Below, piece by piece: positions 53,045 to 64,000 of a stretch of DNA of 64,000 nucleotides. The first letter of the stretch is position 1; each line of letters starts with the position of its first letter. The stretch comes from Schizochytrium sp. TIO01 (Eukaryota; Protista; Bigyra: Labyrinthulomycetes). The translations under genes were made by a program, and so were the position numbers. The notes below the pieces were generated by a model, which worked only from the letters and a program-made list of their open reading frames with translations, made no database searches and had not been told where the DNA came from. Location of the stretch: the NCBI GenBank assembly GCA_004764695.1, contig SMSO01000032.1, forward strand, positions 3,318,483 through 3,382,482, written 5' to 3'.

Positions 53045-55900
53045 AACCTGAATGACCTAGTCTGTGTCCGTCGTCTTCCGAGTTCTATTTCTTGGTTTAG
53101 GGAGGGGGGAGGGGGTGTGCGCTGTGTGGAAGACCATTTCTTGCCGGGGCCGACCATTTTGCCAACAGCAGTCTCCTGAGTTCTGAGTTAGCATCAGCAG
53201 CCAGCTCGAATCTCTGTCATTCGAGAATCAATTTTGGCATGTGTTTAGTATGTCAACTTTTAATTATCGGCAGAATAGTCAACTTCAAGTTTTCTCAGGA
53301 TTGTGAACTTCCACTTGCCCGCTATAGCAGCACTTGCCGCCGGGTCCATGTCGGCCAAAGCGACTGGCGGTGCTTCTGCGATCGTGATGAAGAACTTTGG
53401 AGCAGCCTTTAATCGATCTCAAGTTATTTAGCGCGCCAACGATTGATTTAGCGAAGATGGTAGTCTTCGCGACGAACATCGAGGCCATCACTTAGACTGC
53501 CTGACCAGTTCCTCTCTAGCTAGATATATTATCTTGAGACCCGACAAGTTCGACATCAAGCCCGCGTCGCTTTCGCTGAACGATTCCAACTCGAAGCGTG
53601 CTTACACGAGCACATGTTTTGGCGCAGAAGGAGGTGAAGTTGATGAATGGCATTGGCCATCGCGATCATCACCTGCGCAGGTTATCTTCTTATCTTGGCT
53701 TGCGCCAAGCCGGAGATCTCCCGGAAGCTTCGTTCACATTTGATATAGTACATACGAATGTGTGTGTCAGCGATGCAAATTGCTGCCGTAGTGCTGCCAA
53801 TGCCTGGGCCTGCTCACGACGATTGCCTCTGGCACCTTCAAGATGGCGCTCTCGTAGTTTGTACAGGATATCCATCGATACTCAAGGTGATACCAAAGTA
53901 GCTAAGGTATTGCTTTTAGACTCTGGCAAAGTTCTTCCTTTTATAGGTGATAATAAGTATAAGGCTACTCAGTTCTCCGCGAGCTGTGCTCACAGGCTAG
54001 CGCCCTGGGCAGCGTGTCGAGGCAATATATTTCCACGTGCGTGATCAATCGCCCATTTAGAGATGATCATCATGATCCACAAGCAGCTCAAAACTTGAAG
54101 AACTTCTTGAAGAACAAGAAACCCTCAAGTGCCAAGCAAGCAAGGCATTACGATGGTTTAGAATAAACAATAGGCCTATATTGTTTTGGAAATGGCCTTG
54201 CACAATTGTGAGTAGTCCCTCTATGCTTTCGTAGATATGTATGTAGGCAGTAATATATCAGTAGGATTTTTATAATAGAATACTTTGCTCAATAGTAGGA
54301 ATCACCTAATCGTTACTATTCTAATAGTTACTGGCAGCAGTTTGCTAGGGATGCACACCCCTCTCTGGCGAGAGTCAGAAACGAAGCTACTGACTATCGC
54401 GATGAACTTCGTGAAGCCTGATGAACTTGAAATATTACTAGCTGAGCAAATACCGGCGACTTCGTTTGATGAAGTACTTATATTTGCTTCATTTGGTGTC
54501 GCTACGTTAGCTTCAAGTTCGATTCAGAGTTTAAAGACAAAGTTTTCTTCGGTTCTTATTTGATCATGAGTTGAAGTAGCTTGGTCCTCGCATTCACACA
54601 TTAGTTCTTCTTTGCTTTGGACTGAGAGCTAAAGAACTTGATGCCTCAAAGCTTAGCCAATAACGATTAAATCTGGCTGGCATGGGAGTCTTGTATCGTG
54701 ATACCACCAGTTACCTGTGTTCCTACCTACCTATTACCTACTTATATCTACGGTGATTGGTGGTGGGATCGCTGGGGAAAATCTTGAAGCTACCTCTGCA
54801 CAACTTTCGTTGTGTACGCGCGTCTTTAGAGCAGGCATGAAGAAGCTCACTCGGCACGGCCTGGCCTACGAGCTGAGCCTGAGGAGTAGGCCAGACAAGG
54901 TGATTTTCCAGCATCGCCAGCAACTTGCATAAATGTCAGCTGCAAACTTAGCTGTAGCAATGGCTTCTATTCCAAGTTTCAGAGAACTGCATTATGGAGC
55001 CCTTTTCTTCATGTCACGTCATTTGCTCTTGCTTCCCATTCGATCTCCAATACCAACTTGTGCACCACAGCAAACGGCCTCTCGGTTGAACTTCAAGTTC
55101 AACTCCAAGTTCAACTCAAGTATAAGTTTATGCAGTGCACACAAATTGATATCCATAATCGTGGAAACGAATGCGCTTGCGAGCCCAAGATCTGCAGATT
55201 CCACTTCAAGCCCATGAACCCTTCGATGGTTATCTCGCAAGCACAATCTAACTTCTCAAGTGCAATCATGACGACAGTAACGATGAATGCTTCGTCCACG
55301 CCAGTGGCTTCGTATCTCCACATTCGACGTCAGCTCCAGCTCTTCCTCTTCAACTCATAGCTCCAATACACACAGCTCTTCTGCTCCACCACCACCTCCC
55401 ATTCGTGCTATTTCTATGTCTCGATGTCCTAAAAGCCTTCGTCATCTGCACCAAACGAGAGGTAATACAATCTCCCTCATCGATCTCAATCGCGTGCATT
55501 CACGGTTGTCGCTAAACCGCCCTTGTGTTTCTTTGGCCTCTTGCTCCATCTGTCCTCTTCGAAGGCCCTCGCGCCGATCGATTCGTGGACGGCCTGCCTG
55601 GCTCTTGGAGATGGGCTGTCGCAGGCTGCGTCCTCTCGTTTGTGCCTTCCGCAGTGCACTTCACTCGCTCGCGAGGGCTTAAGCCACGTCGATCGATGGT
55701 CGGCAGAACTCGAAGAGCCCAATTCATTCATTGTTGCCTCTTCGCTGAAGGTACGCACTGCTTGCTACCATGAATGAACCCAGCAACGCGAAGCAAAGCG
55801 CGGCCTCGTAAAACTCGTATCTGATCTTGCGCAGCACCTTCGTTGGCCTCCCCTGCTAAACTTGTATTAAGGCCTGGGGCGCACATTGTAATGCAGATGC

Positions 55901-55926
55901 ATGTATGTATGTATGTATGTATGTAT
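55901..55926. repeat. (ATGT)n microsatellite
   Basis: atgtatgtatgtatgtatgtatgtat. Confidence 0.85.
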
Positions 55927-58088
55927 CGCTCAGTCCCGATCGAATAAATTCATCTCCAGCGACGAAGTTGATCCATCCCCCAGCAAAATCAACGCCGCCG
56001 CGACAAGTCACACCACACGGAGTGTGTTTCGTTTTGAAGGCCAGTGCGAGGCGTCTGGAGGGAGCTATTTTCTGTGGCGCTGATTCGTGTCTTGGTATCC
56101 TTTTTTATCCTGTTTCTTCACCTTCTGAATGTTTGGTTACTTCTCTGCATCGATGCAGCGCATGAAGACGCCTGCCTCCTAGCCTAAACCGCAGCAGTGC
56201 CGGCAGTGGCGCTAGAAGTCTGCGGATAACTTCTGTGTTGACTACAAAGGCAAAGTGAGGTGAGCTTGGCTTTGACTGAGTGGTCTGTGGCGCGGAGGGT
56301 GCCTTTCCTTGAAGCTGTGGCTGCTCCTTTACTCGCTCCCCCTCTCGCGAGTGCTCTTGCGTGTCAACCTCTTCACTTTCCCGCAGGCGTCTCCAAACCT
56401 GCCTGGACCATCCTGAGTGGATTGGTTGCTCTGAGCCACCGCTCGTGAAACCAAGCGAGACAAGAATTGATTCATTTAGCCATTTATTCACCAACTTGAT
56501 TGCTATCAGAAGACTCAATAAACCTCTTCTTCGCATACAAACATATAGGAGCGACTATGCATCTCAGTAGTAGGGATATCCTCTACCAATATCTATTTTG
56601 TTGTAGTAAAAAGAATAAAACAGTGTTCACTCGAGGTTTTAGAACTTCTTCTTCTTCTTATTATTATTATTACTGTTATTATTATGTAAACAAGGGTGAA
56701 TTGAAGATAGTCAAGAGAGAATTTTGCTCCTGAGACCCCCTCATTTTCCATCATGTTAGCTCTAGGCTTTCGATTGCTTCCTCAATTCTTTACTGTTCCC
56801 TTCCAACTTCCTCTCTCGGTCGCCCTGTGAAACCAAGGCGGCAAATACTCACGACATACCCCCTTCAGGGTAGGACGCAAGCACGGGAAAGAGGGTGCAG
56901 AGGGTATGCAAGGCGGACTTGAGCCGGCCGATACTTTATGTGGGAGTCCCCACTGGAAAGAAAATTATGGCGACCCCCTCTCAGAAGACTGTGGATCCCC
57001 CGCCTTTTCCTCAGCGGTCCCCAGACGTTCTTCGATCCCGTCTCCGGGATAGCCCCTCACAAAACTGAGGCTTCCCACTTGATGACAATACATTTACCTA
57101 CGATACACACTGGAGAAGCCTCGAGGGAGACTGCACGTGCAGGATGTGAGGAGAATATATAATTTGATTGTAGTGGAGAAGGAGGGAAATGAAGTGAAAT
57201 TTAGGGGTCCACGGAGAGAGGGGGCCCACTAGGGGGGTCCCACCAGCTTTCGGTCGATCATTTTTAACACAGGAGAAAGTCAAATCAACATCGATCGACG
57301 ATCCATTGATCAATCGAAGCGTCGCCGCCTCCACTCGAGCAAAGCCACCTGCCGCTCGTGGGTGTGACCCGGGACCACTGGAAGGCTCTGCCGACACTGC
57401 TGTTCTAGAACCTTTCACGCAGGTTCCTCTTCCGCTTCCACGAGTGTGCCTCAACCGGAACAGAGGCATCGATCGCGCATTGGCGCAGGAAAGAGACATA
57501 TAAACAAAAGAGAAGAAATCAACGAAAGCCCGCGCCTGCAGCTACTCTTGGACGTGACGTGGAGTATCGAGCCCAACAAGAGGTGATAGCAAACTCTAAT
57601 TGGCAGCGGGTTGCAGACAGCAGGTACCGCTGCTTCTCGGCTGAATCTGGTGATATTGCAGTTGCACTTGATACTGCGAGTGGATCGCGGAATTGGCTGC
57701 CTTTTTGCTCTGTAATAAATTATTGCTTTGATCACAACTTCGGTGGACTAGTAGTGACCTTCTTAGGTAATTGCATAGAGTGTTAGGAGCCTACTCCTAA
57801 GCTGCAGCAGTTTCGGTTGAACGGATTGCAGTGGCTCACATCTCTGGCTACGCGCTTGTTTGTCCGGAGCACCAGCATACTCTGGGCTGGCCAGTGATTG
57901 ATTTGGCCGGGGGACCTTCTGCCTGACAGAGGGCCGGTATTTCGAACATCGTTTGAGCAAGTTGCAAGCCGCAAAGAGGGGTGGGTGATATTTCGTACCG
58001 AGTAGGGTTTCCTGCGTTGATTAAAGTTAGTTCACAGGTGGAAAACAACTACCTGATCGCTTCGAAGGTAAATAATTGAATTGGCAAG

Positions 58089-59573
58089 ATGTCTACTATC
58101 AAAGAGCAGGTGCAGCGCGCTACCAAGTCGTTCAGACTTGCGCATCTCAGCAAAGGACTCGCCGTTACTCCGCCCAGCATTCTCGAAAATGCACGCGCCG
58201 TTGTCTTCTTCAAGAAACTCACACGTGGCCGCCAAAACTCTGTGAGCAACTCGGGTGTCTTCTTCAAGCGCATCTCCAAGGAGGAATGGTCCAATCCAGT
58301 TGCCGTGACTATGAACAAAGGTGATGTATATTGGGGTCGTATCCCGCGGGTTGAGCGCTGCGACATTTTCCTGATTATTTCTGATGTAGAAGTTGTGCAT
58401 AACTTCGAACTCTATGGCCAGATGGGCTTTTCTGATGAGACAAACAAAATGAAAAAGGGCATTCTCGTCGAAAATAGCGAAGCTGGTCTAGTTCGCTTCA
58501 CTGAGGCCATTTCCGAGACTCCCGACATGCTCCGGGATGATGATAACTTTTCTTTCGGTATCTGCGACGGACATTTCTTCTCAGTACACATTGAGAACCC
58601 AATGATTCGCGTGCGGGACTCCAGCAACTCTAAATTCTATGGCGATCGTGGAGCCACTGCAGCTGCTATTCTTTCTTCAAACAAATTCACTTTTGTTGAC
58701 CAAAAGGGATACATTGAAGAGTTCCACAACTATCTTCGACTCTACTTTGATGTTGCCAAGCGCCTTCCTGCATACGTGGCCCTTGAAAGTGGCAGGAACT
58801 CCCCGTCTTCTGCACGCTCCGTAAGTTCCAATTCACCTTCGCCAGATCCGGCTGAATTCCCCGCACCTCAATTGCTCGGATCCTATAACAGCAGTGGAAG
58901 CAGTAACAGTGGTACTGATTTCCCCCCTTTCTCCACGAGCCATGCTTCCTCATCCTCTCCTCGCGGCCCTGACACTGATTCGTGGGGCTTCTCCACAAAC
59001 ACCACCGGAAGTAGCTCTCGGAGCATAAATAACGGCAACAATTACCCCTCGGCTTATGACAAAACTTACAACAACTATCGTCGTGAAGAAGTGAGTATGC
59101 TTCACAACAACTACAACAACAACAACAGTGATGATGCTTACGATAATCTTATCCAGTCTTCTGCTCCGCTGCAGCCATTTGGACGTCTTGATCCGAACCT
59201 GCTTGCCCAGACCTCGAGTCTCTCCATCTCAAATTTGTCGTCACAACGTGGTTCTAACTTCAGTGGGGCAGATTTTCGTAGCCGTGGATCGAGCTTGGGT
59301 GCCTGGGACTCCGAGGGGGAGACACCCCGTCGCCAGTCTATCGGCGAGATGGGCAGTGGTTCTAGCAATACCAGTGCCAACCCAATTTTCTCGTATTCCT
59401 CCTCTTCGTATTCCTCAGCAAACTCAACGATGGCCAGTTTCAACCAGCCCCAAGCACTGCCTAACCCGTTCGACAGCCCGAACTATGGCCAGGCCGCTGC
59501 TAAATACCCACCTAGGCCGCCCTCAGACTCGCCGCCCCCAGCCCGAGAACGAGTGAACTCCTTTGACTTTTAA
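58089..59573 (+). CDS. Divergent SYLF/Ysc84-like domain protein with a disordered Ser/Asn-rich tail
   Basis: PPSILENARAVVFF..SGVFFKR..EWSNPVAV..CDIFLII..F..GHFFSVHIENPMIRVRDSSNSKFYG..TAAAIL follows the Ysc84/SYLF pattern. The tail has NPF, PPRPP and a C-terminal FDF. Confidence 0.75.
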   Translation: MSTIKEQVQRATKSFRLAHLSKGLAVTPPSILENARAVVFFKKLTRGRQNSVSNSGVFFKRISKEEWSNPVAVTMNKGDVYWGRIPRVERCDIFLIISDVEVVHNFELYGQMGFSDETNKMKKGILVENSEAGLVRFTEAISETPDMLRDDDNFSFGICDGHFFSVHIENPMIRVRDSSNSKFYGDRGATAAAILSSNKFTFVDQKGYIEEFHNYLRLYFDVAKRLPAYVALESGRNSPSSARSVSSNSPSPDPAEFPAPQLLGSYNSSGSSNSGTDFPPFSTSHASSSSPRGPDTDSWGFSTNTTGSSSRSINNGNNYPSAYDKTYNNYRREEVSMLHNNYNNNNSDDAYDNLIQSSAPLQPFGRLDPNLLAQTSSLSISNLSSQRGSNFSGADFRSRGSSLGAWDSEGETPRRQSIGEMGSGSSNTSANPIFSYSSSSYSSANSTMASFNQPQALPNPFDSPNYGQAAAKYPPRPPSDSPPPARERVNSFDF

Positions 59574-60257
59574 AGCATCCAGTGGACTAGATTCTTTTTC
59601 TTTTCGGCGATCACTTCATGAGCAATCCATATGTTATATTCGTACAAGGATTCCATAAAGTGTATGAATTCTCATTGGAAATCAACAGCTCTTTGTACAT
59701 TTTTTCAAACGAGGACCTTTGCAACTACTATCACATTCAGTAACTCCTCCCTGAACACTCCAAGGCGCCGAGATATTCAGGTTTCTGTGTGTGAATTTCA
59801 AGAAGATAAATTATGGTGATATCACGCTCCCTTATCCATTTGTTCTTTCTAAGAATTCCTGTTGTGGCTGTAAGAAGGATGCATCAGCATTTTAAAAATC
59901 CAAGCTCCTATGACTCAACTGAAACCTTTTGCTCATGTTTCATAACTCTGATGCCCTCATCATTTGCGAGCTCGTTATGGTTTCTCTTCTCCTTCAGGAT
60001 AAATAAGCATTAAGCATTGAATATTTGATTTGAAAAATCTTGATAACGCCCTTTGGAAAAAAGAAAGCCCCAAATAAGGTGTTATTCCTCGTCCGTTGCG
60101 TAAAAATCTGAATTTGAACTCTTAATTACCACGTTTATTACAATTTCAAAAATTAGAGAGAATCGGCAATGTGTGCGTACTCAAGGATCAAAATAAACTG
60201 CGAGGATTAACGTTTTAGCTACCTTAGGGAAGGTAAAAAAGTAGGAAACATTATTTA

Positions 60258-62111
60258 CTACATGATGGCCATCATTTCAATCGTCGCAGATTCCTTTGCT
60301 GAGGAAATTTCACTCTCATGTTCATGACTCTCGTCGAATATTGTATAGGAAACTTGCTCAGTCTCTGCATCACAGACATAGACAACGGTTTTCCATTCTC
60401 TTTGGCCAATTTCAAGCGCAAAGACTCGGCCGTCAAACGTTGTGATCTGAACCAAACGAGAACGCATAGGTGAAGTGCGAAGCGGTACTGAAAGAGCGAG
60501 ACGGTCGTTGGCTACCACAACCACACAGCGACCATCTTCAACTTGAAATGCAGTGACTTCTAAGGCACACCCAGCTCCAATGCATGATTTGCGAGACCCA
60601 CGAACGTTAATACGAGTTGAACCGGGGGGTACAAAGGCCGAGAAGTGAGCCATAGCATAGTACATGGGCTGCTTGACAATTTCATTCTTGGCGGCATCAA
60701 CAAGAATTGGAGCATCAACAAAATTGTTTGCATGGTTGGGACCCCCTTGCATATCAAGAGCCAAGTTCCAATCCGTCCAGCCCGATGCGCCATTGTTCAC
60801 TTGATGCATAATATCTCGAAGGTAAGCATACCCCCGTGCCCAGGATCCTGCGTAGACGGTATTGTCCATGTAGCCATTGCAAGCCTCAGTTGCAAGCAAG
60901 AACTTGGGTGAACCTTTTCGATTCTTCATATCATAGCCTCGACTCGCCTTTGCTACCAAGCTGCTACCACCAACATAAGCCTCGACACCAGGAATAACAG
61001 GAGTGTCCTCCAAGCGTGTCTCAAGCGAACCATACCAATGGTACGCAACACCATCAATAAACATGGAAGAGGCAGCTAAATCTGCATGATCCATAATTGA
61101 AACATACTGATCATCACCAGTCATGATGCGCAAGTTCGGGTAAGCCTTGCGCATTGCCGGACCCAAGTTCTCGTTAATGAAGCGAGCTAGCTCGAGCGGA
61201 CTATAGTTGGTATTTTCAAAGGAGTTCCCTACTGGGTTACCAGAGGGTTCATTCTGTGCGGTGATGCCCCACATCTTAACTCCGGATTCTGTATAAGAGC
61301 GAATGAAGTTTACCAAGTACGCTGCGTAAGCATCACGTGCAGTCAAATCAGTATCTAGGCCTCCAAAAAAGTATGTTGGTACTTGGGGTCTTTTTAGGAG
61401 CCGTGCTAACCACGAGTCACCGCAAACATTAATTCCGAATGGGTTTGGCGGGGTCTCACAAGTTTTCCACCAGGGCGGGGCTGACCAAACCGAAGCGAAA
61501 ATTTGGAGATCAGCCCAAGCATTGGATTCGTTATTACTGCGCGTTATTTCTGCCAGGGCACTTTTAATAAAGTCTAGTTTGTAGTCTTCTCCCGGGATAC
61601 CACGATCATCTGTGAGCTTGAATGGCGCACCAACGTTTTCCATGAGCGAATACGAAGCTCTCGAAAAATCAGCACTGCCAATGTGAACACGCCCAAGGGA
61701 GTAGCGAGCCCCACTTGTACGAGAAAAGTATGATTTCACGACCTGTGCTCTTGTCTTCTCCGAAACTGTGCTGAGCACATACGCTGCAGCATCTGTAAAG
61801 GCCCCACCGAACCCGATCATGATCTGAGTGTCACCAGTGTCTTTGCCAGGGACGATGCGAACTGCAGTTGTGGATGTATTTGGAGCAACCCCAGCTTTCA
61901 CAATTGAAGGTTCCATTCTCAGCCCAGCCTCATTGCTCGTGAACACCACAGCAGTATCGAGGGAGACCTTGTCCAACTCATGTAAAGCGATTTCGTCGCA
62001 GTAAGTTTCATTGCATATACAAACGAGGCCATACTCCCTCTCTTGCACAGCACATTGGGACTGTGCGTATGCCACACCAGCAATGGCAAGCACGCCTACG
62101 ATCGACCTCAT
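60258..62111 (-). CDS. Glycoside hydrolase family 30 (glucosylceramidase-like), secreted or lysosomal
   Basis: Likely ATG at 62111 (signal MRSIVGVLAIAGVAYA). Motifs: VCICNETYCD, IGFGGAFTDAA, RVHIGSADFS, ASVWSAPPW, TAQNEP (acid/base Glu), LLATEAC (nucleophile Glu), GWTDWNLALDMQGGPN, KQPMYYAMAHFS. Confidence 0.93.
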   Translation of the reverse strand: MRSIVGVLAIAGVAYAQSQCAVQEREYGLVCICNETYCDEIALHELDKVSLDTAVVFTSNEAGLRMEPSIVKAGVAPNTSTTAVRIVPGKDTGDTQIMIGFGGAFTDAAAYVLSTVSEKTRAQVVKSYFSRTSGARYSLGRVHIGSADFSRASYSLMENVGAPFKLTDDRGIPGEDYKLDFIKSALAEITRSNNESNAWADLQIFASVWSAPPWWKTCETPPNPFGINVCGDSWLARLLKRPQVPTYFFGGLDTDLTARDAYAAYLVNFIRSYTESGVKMWGITAQNEPSGNPVGNSFENTNYSPLELARFINENLGPAMRKAYPNLRIMTGDDQYVSIMDHADLAASSMFIDGVAYHWYGSLETRLEDTPVIPGVEAYVGGSSLVAKASRGYDMKNRKGSPKFLLATEACNGYMDNTVYAGSWARGYAYLRDIMHQVNNGASGWTDWNLALDMQGGPNHANNFVDAPILVDAAKNEIVKQPMYYAMAHFSAFVPPGSTRINVRGSRKSCIGAGCALEVTAFQVEDGRCVVVVANDRLALSVPLRTSPMRSRLVQITTFDGRVFALEIGQREWKTVVYVCDAETEQVSYTIFDESHEHESEISSAKESATIEMMAIM

Positions 62112-64000
62112 GGTCCAACAAGTCTTCACGCGGCGGATCCTCAACTCGTCTCTGTGTTTGGTTAGGGCTGTGCTTCTTTGAGGCATCAGAGTTACGTAAT
62201 ACCCCTAATACATAGTGTTACTAGAAGGTAGATACGATATCTAGTAGGTGTATTTTCCCCCCAGGAAATCATGAAATCTATGTTGACCATAGCTAGTCCA
62301 TCAACTTGGCTGTCAATCTCGTAATAAATGGGACATGGTAGCCTCGAACAAGTTTTTTGTTTGTATTACTGAAGCCCAGTCGATGTTGTTATTACTGCTG
62401 TTGTCGCTCACCAGGACCCGAAGCCGGCCGATGATTTCATTACTACTTTCGATCATAAGCTCGTCCAAACTATATCCGTAGCTCTCGGTCGCTCGACTGG
62501 CTGCTTCTATTACAGAGTCGAACCGGTACATTCCGTGTTGAAGTTGGCTGCTCGCCGAATTCAAGTCATACTGATTACAAAACAAAAATCACAAACAGGC
62601 AAGAAAAAAGTATCTGATCAAATCTAGTTTACGGGACGGTTCAATTTTTCCTTCTAAAGACAATATAACCTGTTGTATTTTATTTTTAATGGAACTCACA
62701 ATGTATATGTGTCTTAAGTATCTAAAGATATACACGTCAAACTTGCAATGAAATCCCTAATCAAACTAACCTATATGCACTTCGTTAGACCGTCTATGCA
62801 ACAATTTCAAACTGTCATAAATAATATCCCTCATCTCATGAATTATTGGGAAGCATATCCGGCATGAAACGCAGTTTTGCATACTGGTAACGTCGCGTAC
62901 ACAAATAAGAAGTCACGCTTGCTCGAATTTGATAACCGTTTGATGCGGCCGACGTCTACGTCTAGCCCTCGTTGAATTAACCCTGTCGTAATAAAGCAAG
63001 AAATGCATGAATTGATGCTTGTTTAAATGAAGAGGAGCAGCAAACAGGGCTTCTGTACAAGTGGACCAATGGTACATCACTGTAAGAGCTGACCACGAAA
63101 GATTTGGGCACGTAGGTCAAGTTTGTACTTGCTACTTCCCAACTTGATCGATTTGCATTACAAAAGAACCAAATAGAATTCAGTTAGACAACTTTAGAAC
63201 TAATGGTTGGGGACCTACATTAGATCCTTATTCTTGAAATCCATATTTCTTGAAATCTTGGAATCCTTATTGTTTTAGACACCTCAGGGTGTACTCCCTG
63301 GACTTTCTATATTCAGAAGCCAAAGCGTCCCTCGATGAATTATATCTAACGTCAACAGATCATTCAATTATAAATATCCAATCTTTCTTCTCTTAATCTT
63401 TCGTTTGAAATTGATCTTTGATCTGTTATAGAGCGCCAAGCTTCTATCCCTCTGTAATAAGACACGGCCTTTTGTTTTGTGATACCGCACATTGGCTACC
63501 AAATTTTGTATCGCAACTAATTACACACCGGCTAAGGCAAAAGCAAAAAATTTGATGTTTTCTCTTAACAATAATTGCATGGATTCTATGATTTCACACG
63601 ATGAAAATCATCGTATGCACGTTTACAGGAGTAGTGAAGTATGAATTGTTCATCATTTGGGTCCATGACACTTTTTCCTGGCTGTACGTTTATAGAATTT
63701 TCACGAAGGGCTTGAAACTTCACAGAAGAAAAGAATTGTGAAAAAAAAAGAAAAGAAAAGAAAAACTCGTTTAAACTACATTGTTTTTCTAAATATCAAT
63801 TTTTAATTTAAAAAACCTTTTTTTTAATCATTATTTTCAATTAAATTAAAAGTACATGATATAAAAGAATAAAAGAAGTATAAAAGGAAGGTGAAATCTT
63901 TTTCTTTTTTTTAATATCACTTTTTTTTAAATTAGAAAAAGAGAGTTTGTAACAGAGTAGGTTAGCTGTAAGTCAAAGACAATTTATGCGCTGTTTCCCA

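Noticed and set aside
54930-55400. Ankyrin-like fragments on the minus strand (GADVECGDTKPLAW; GAQVGIGDRMG)
   Set aside because: Too short and discontinuous to support a call.
62977-62990. TTAACCCT piggyBac-like end (also near 256 and 28195)
   Set aside because: No matching inverted partner and far from the piggyBac-derived ORF; expected by chance in AT-rich DNA.

Overview
Eukaryotic, microsatellite-rich DNA with apparently intronless genes. The style suggests a heterotrophic stramenopile such as a thraustochytrid, but that is inference. The main feature is a ~39 kb co-oriented (all minus strand) cluster of six paralogous genes for secreted, adhesin-like proteins, here called A-F (8756-47738). 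Their general architecture is signal peptide, variable N-terminal head (PAN/Apple or ConA/LamG-like), (xxPT)n mucin-like stalk of ~10 to ~950 aa, PAN/Apple pair, and C-terminal VWA domain; F has a single PAN only. All six VWA domains carry an unusual inserted GxDGxx(G/N)TxDD acidic loop and an extra Cys pair, and the MIDAS metal site decays from intact to lost across paralogues. The long spacers hold an intact ORF for a piggyBac-derived protein lacking most of its catalytic core, plus decayed kinase and other gene remnants. Flanking genes encode a small protein with two Rad50 zinc-hook-like motifs, a RINGv-DUF179 (AlgH/YqgE) fusion, a divergent SYLF/Ysc84 protein with endocytic motifs, and a GH30 glucosylceramidase-like hydrolase. 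No rRNA, credible tRNA or CRISPR array was seen. All domain calls are by-eye motif recognition; no searches were run.
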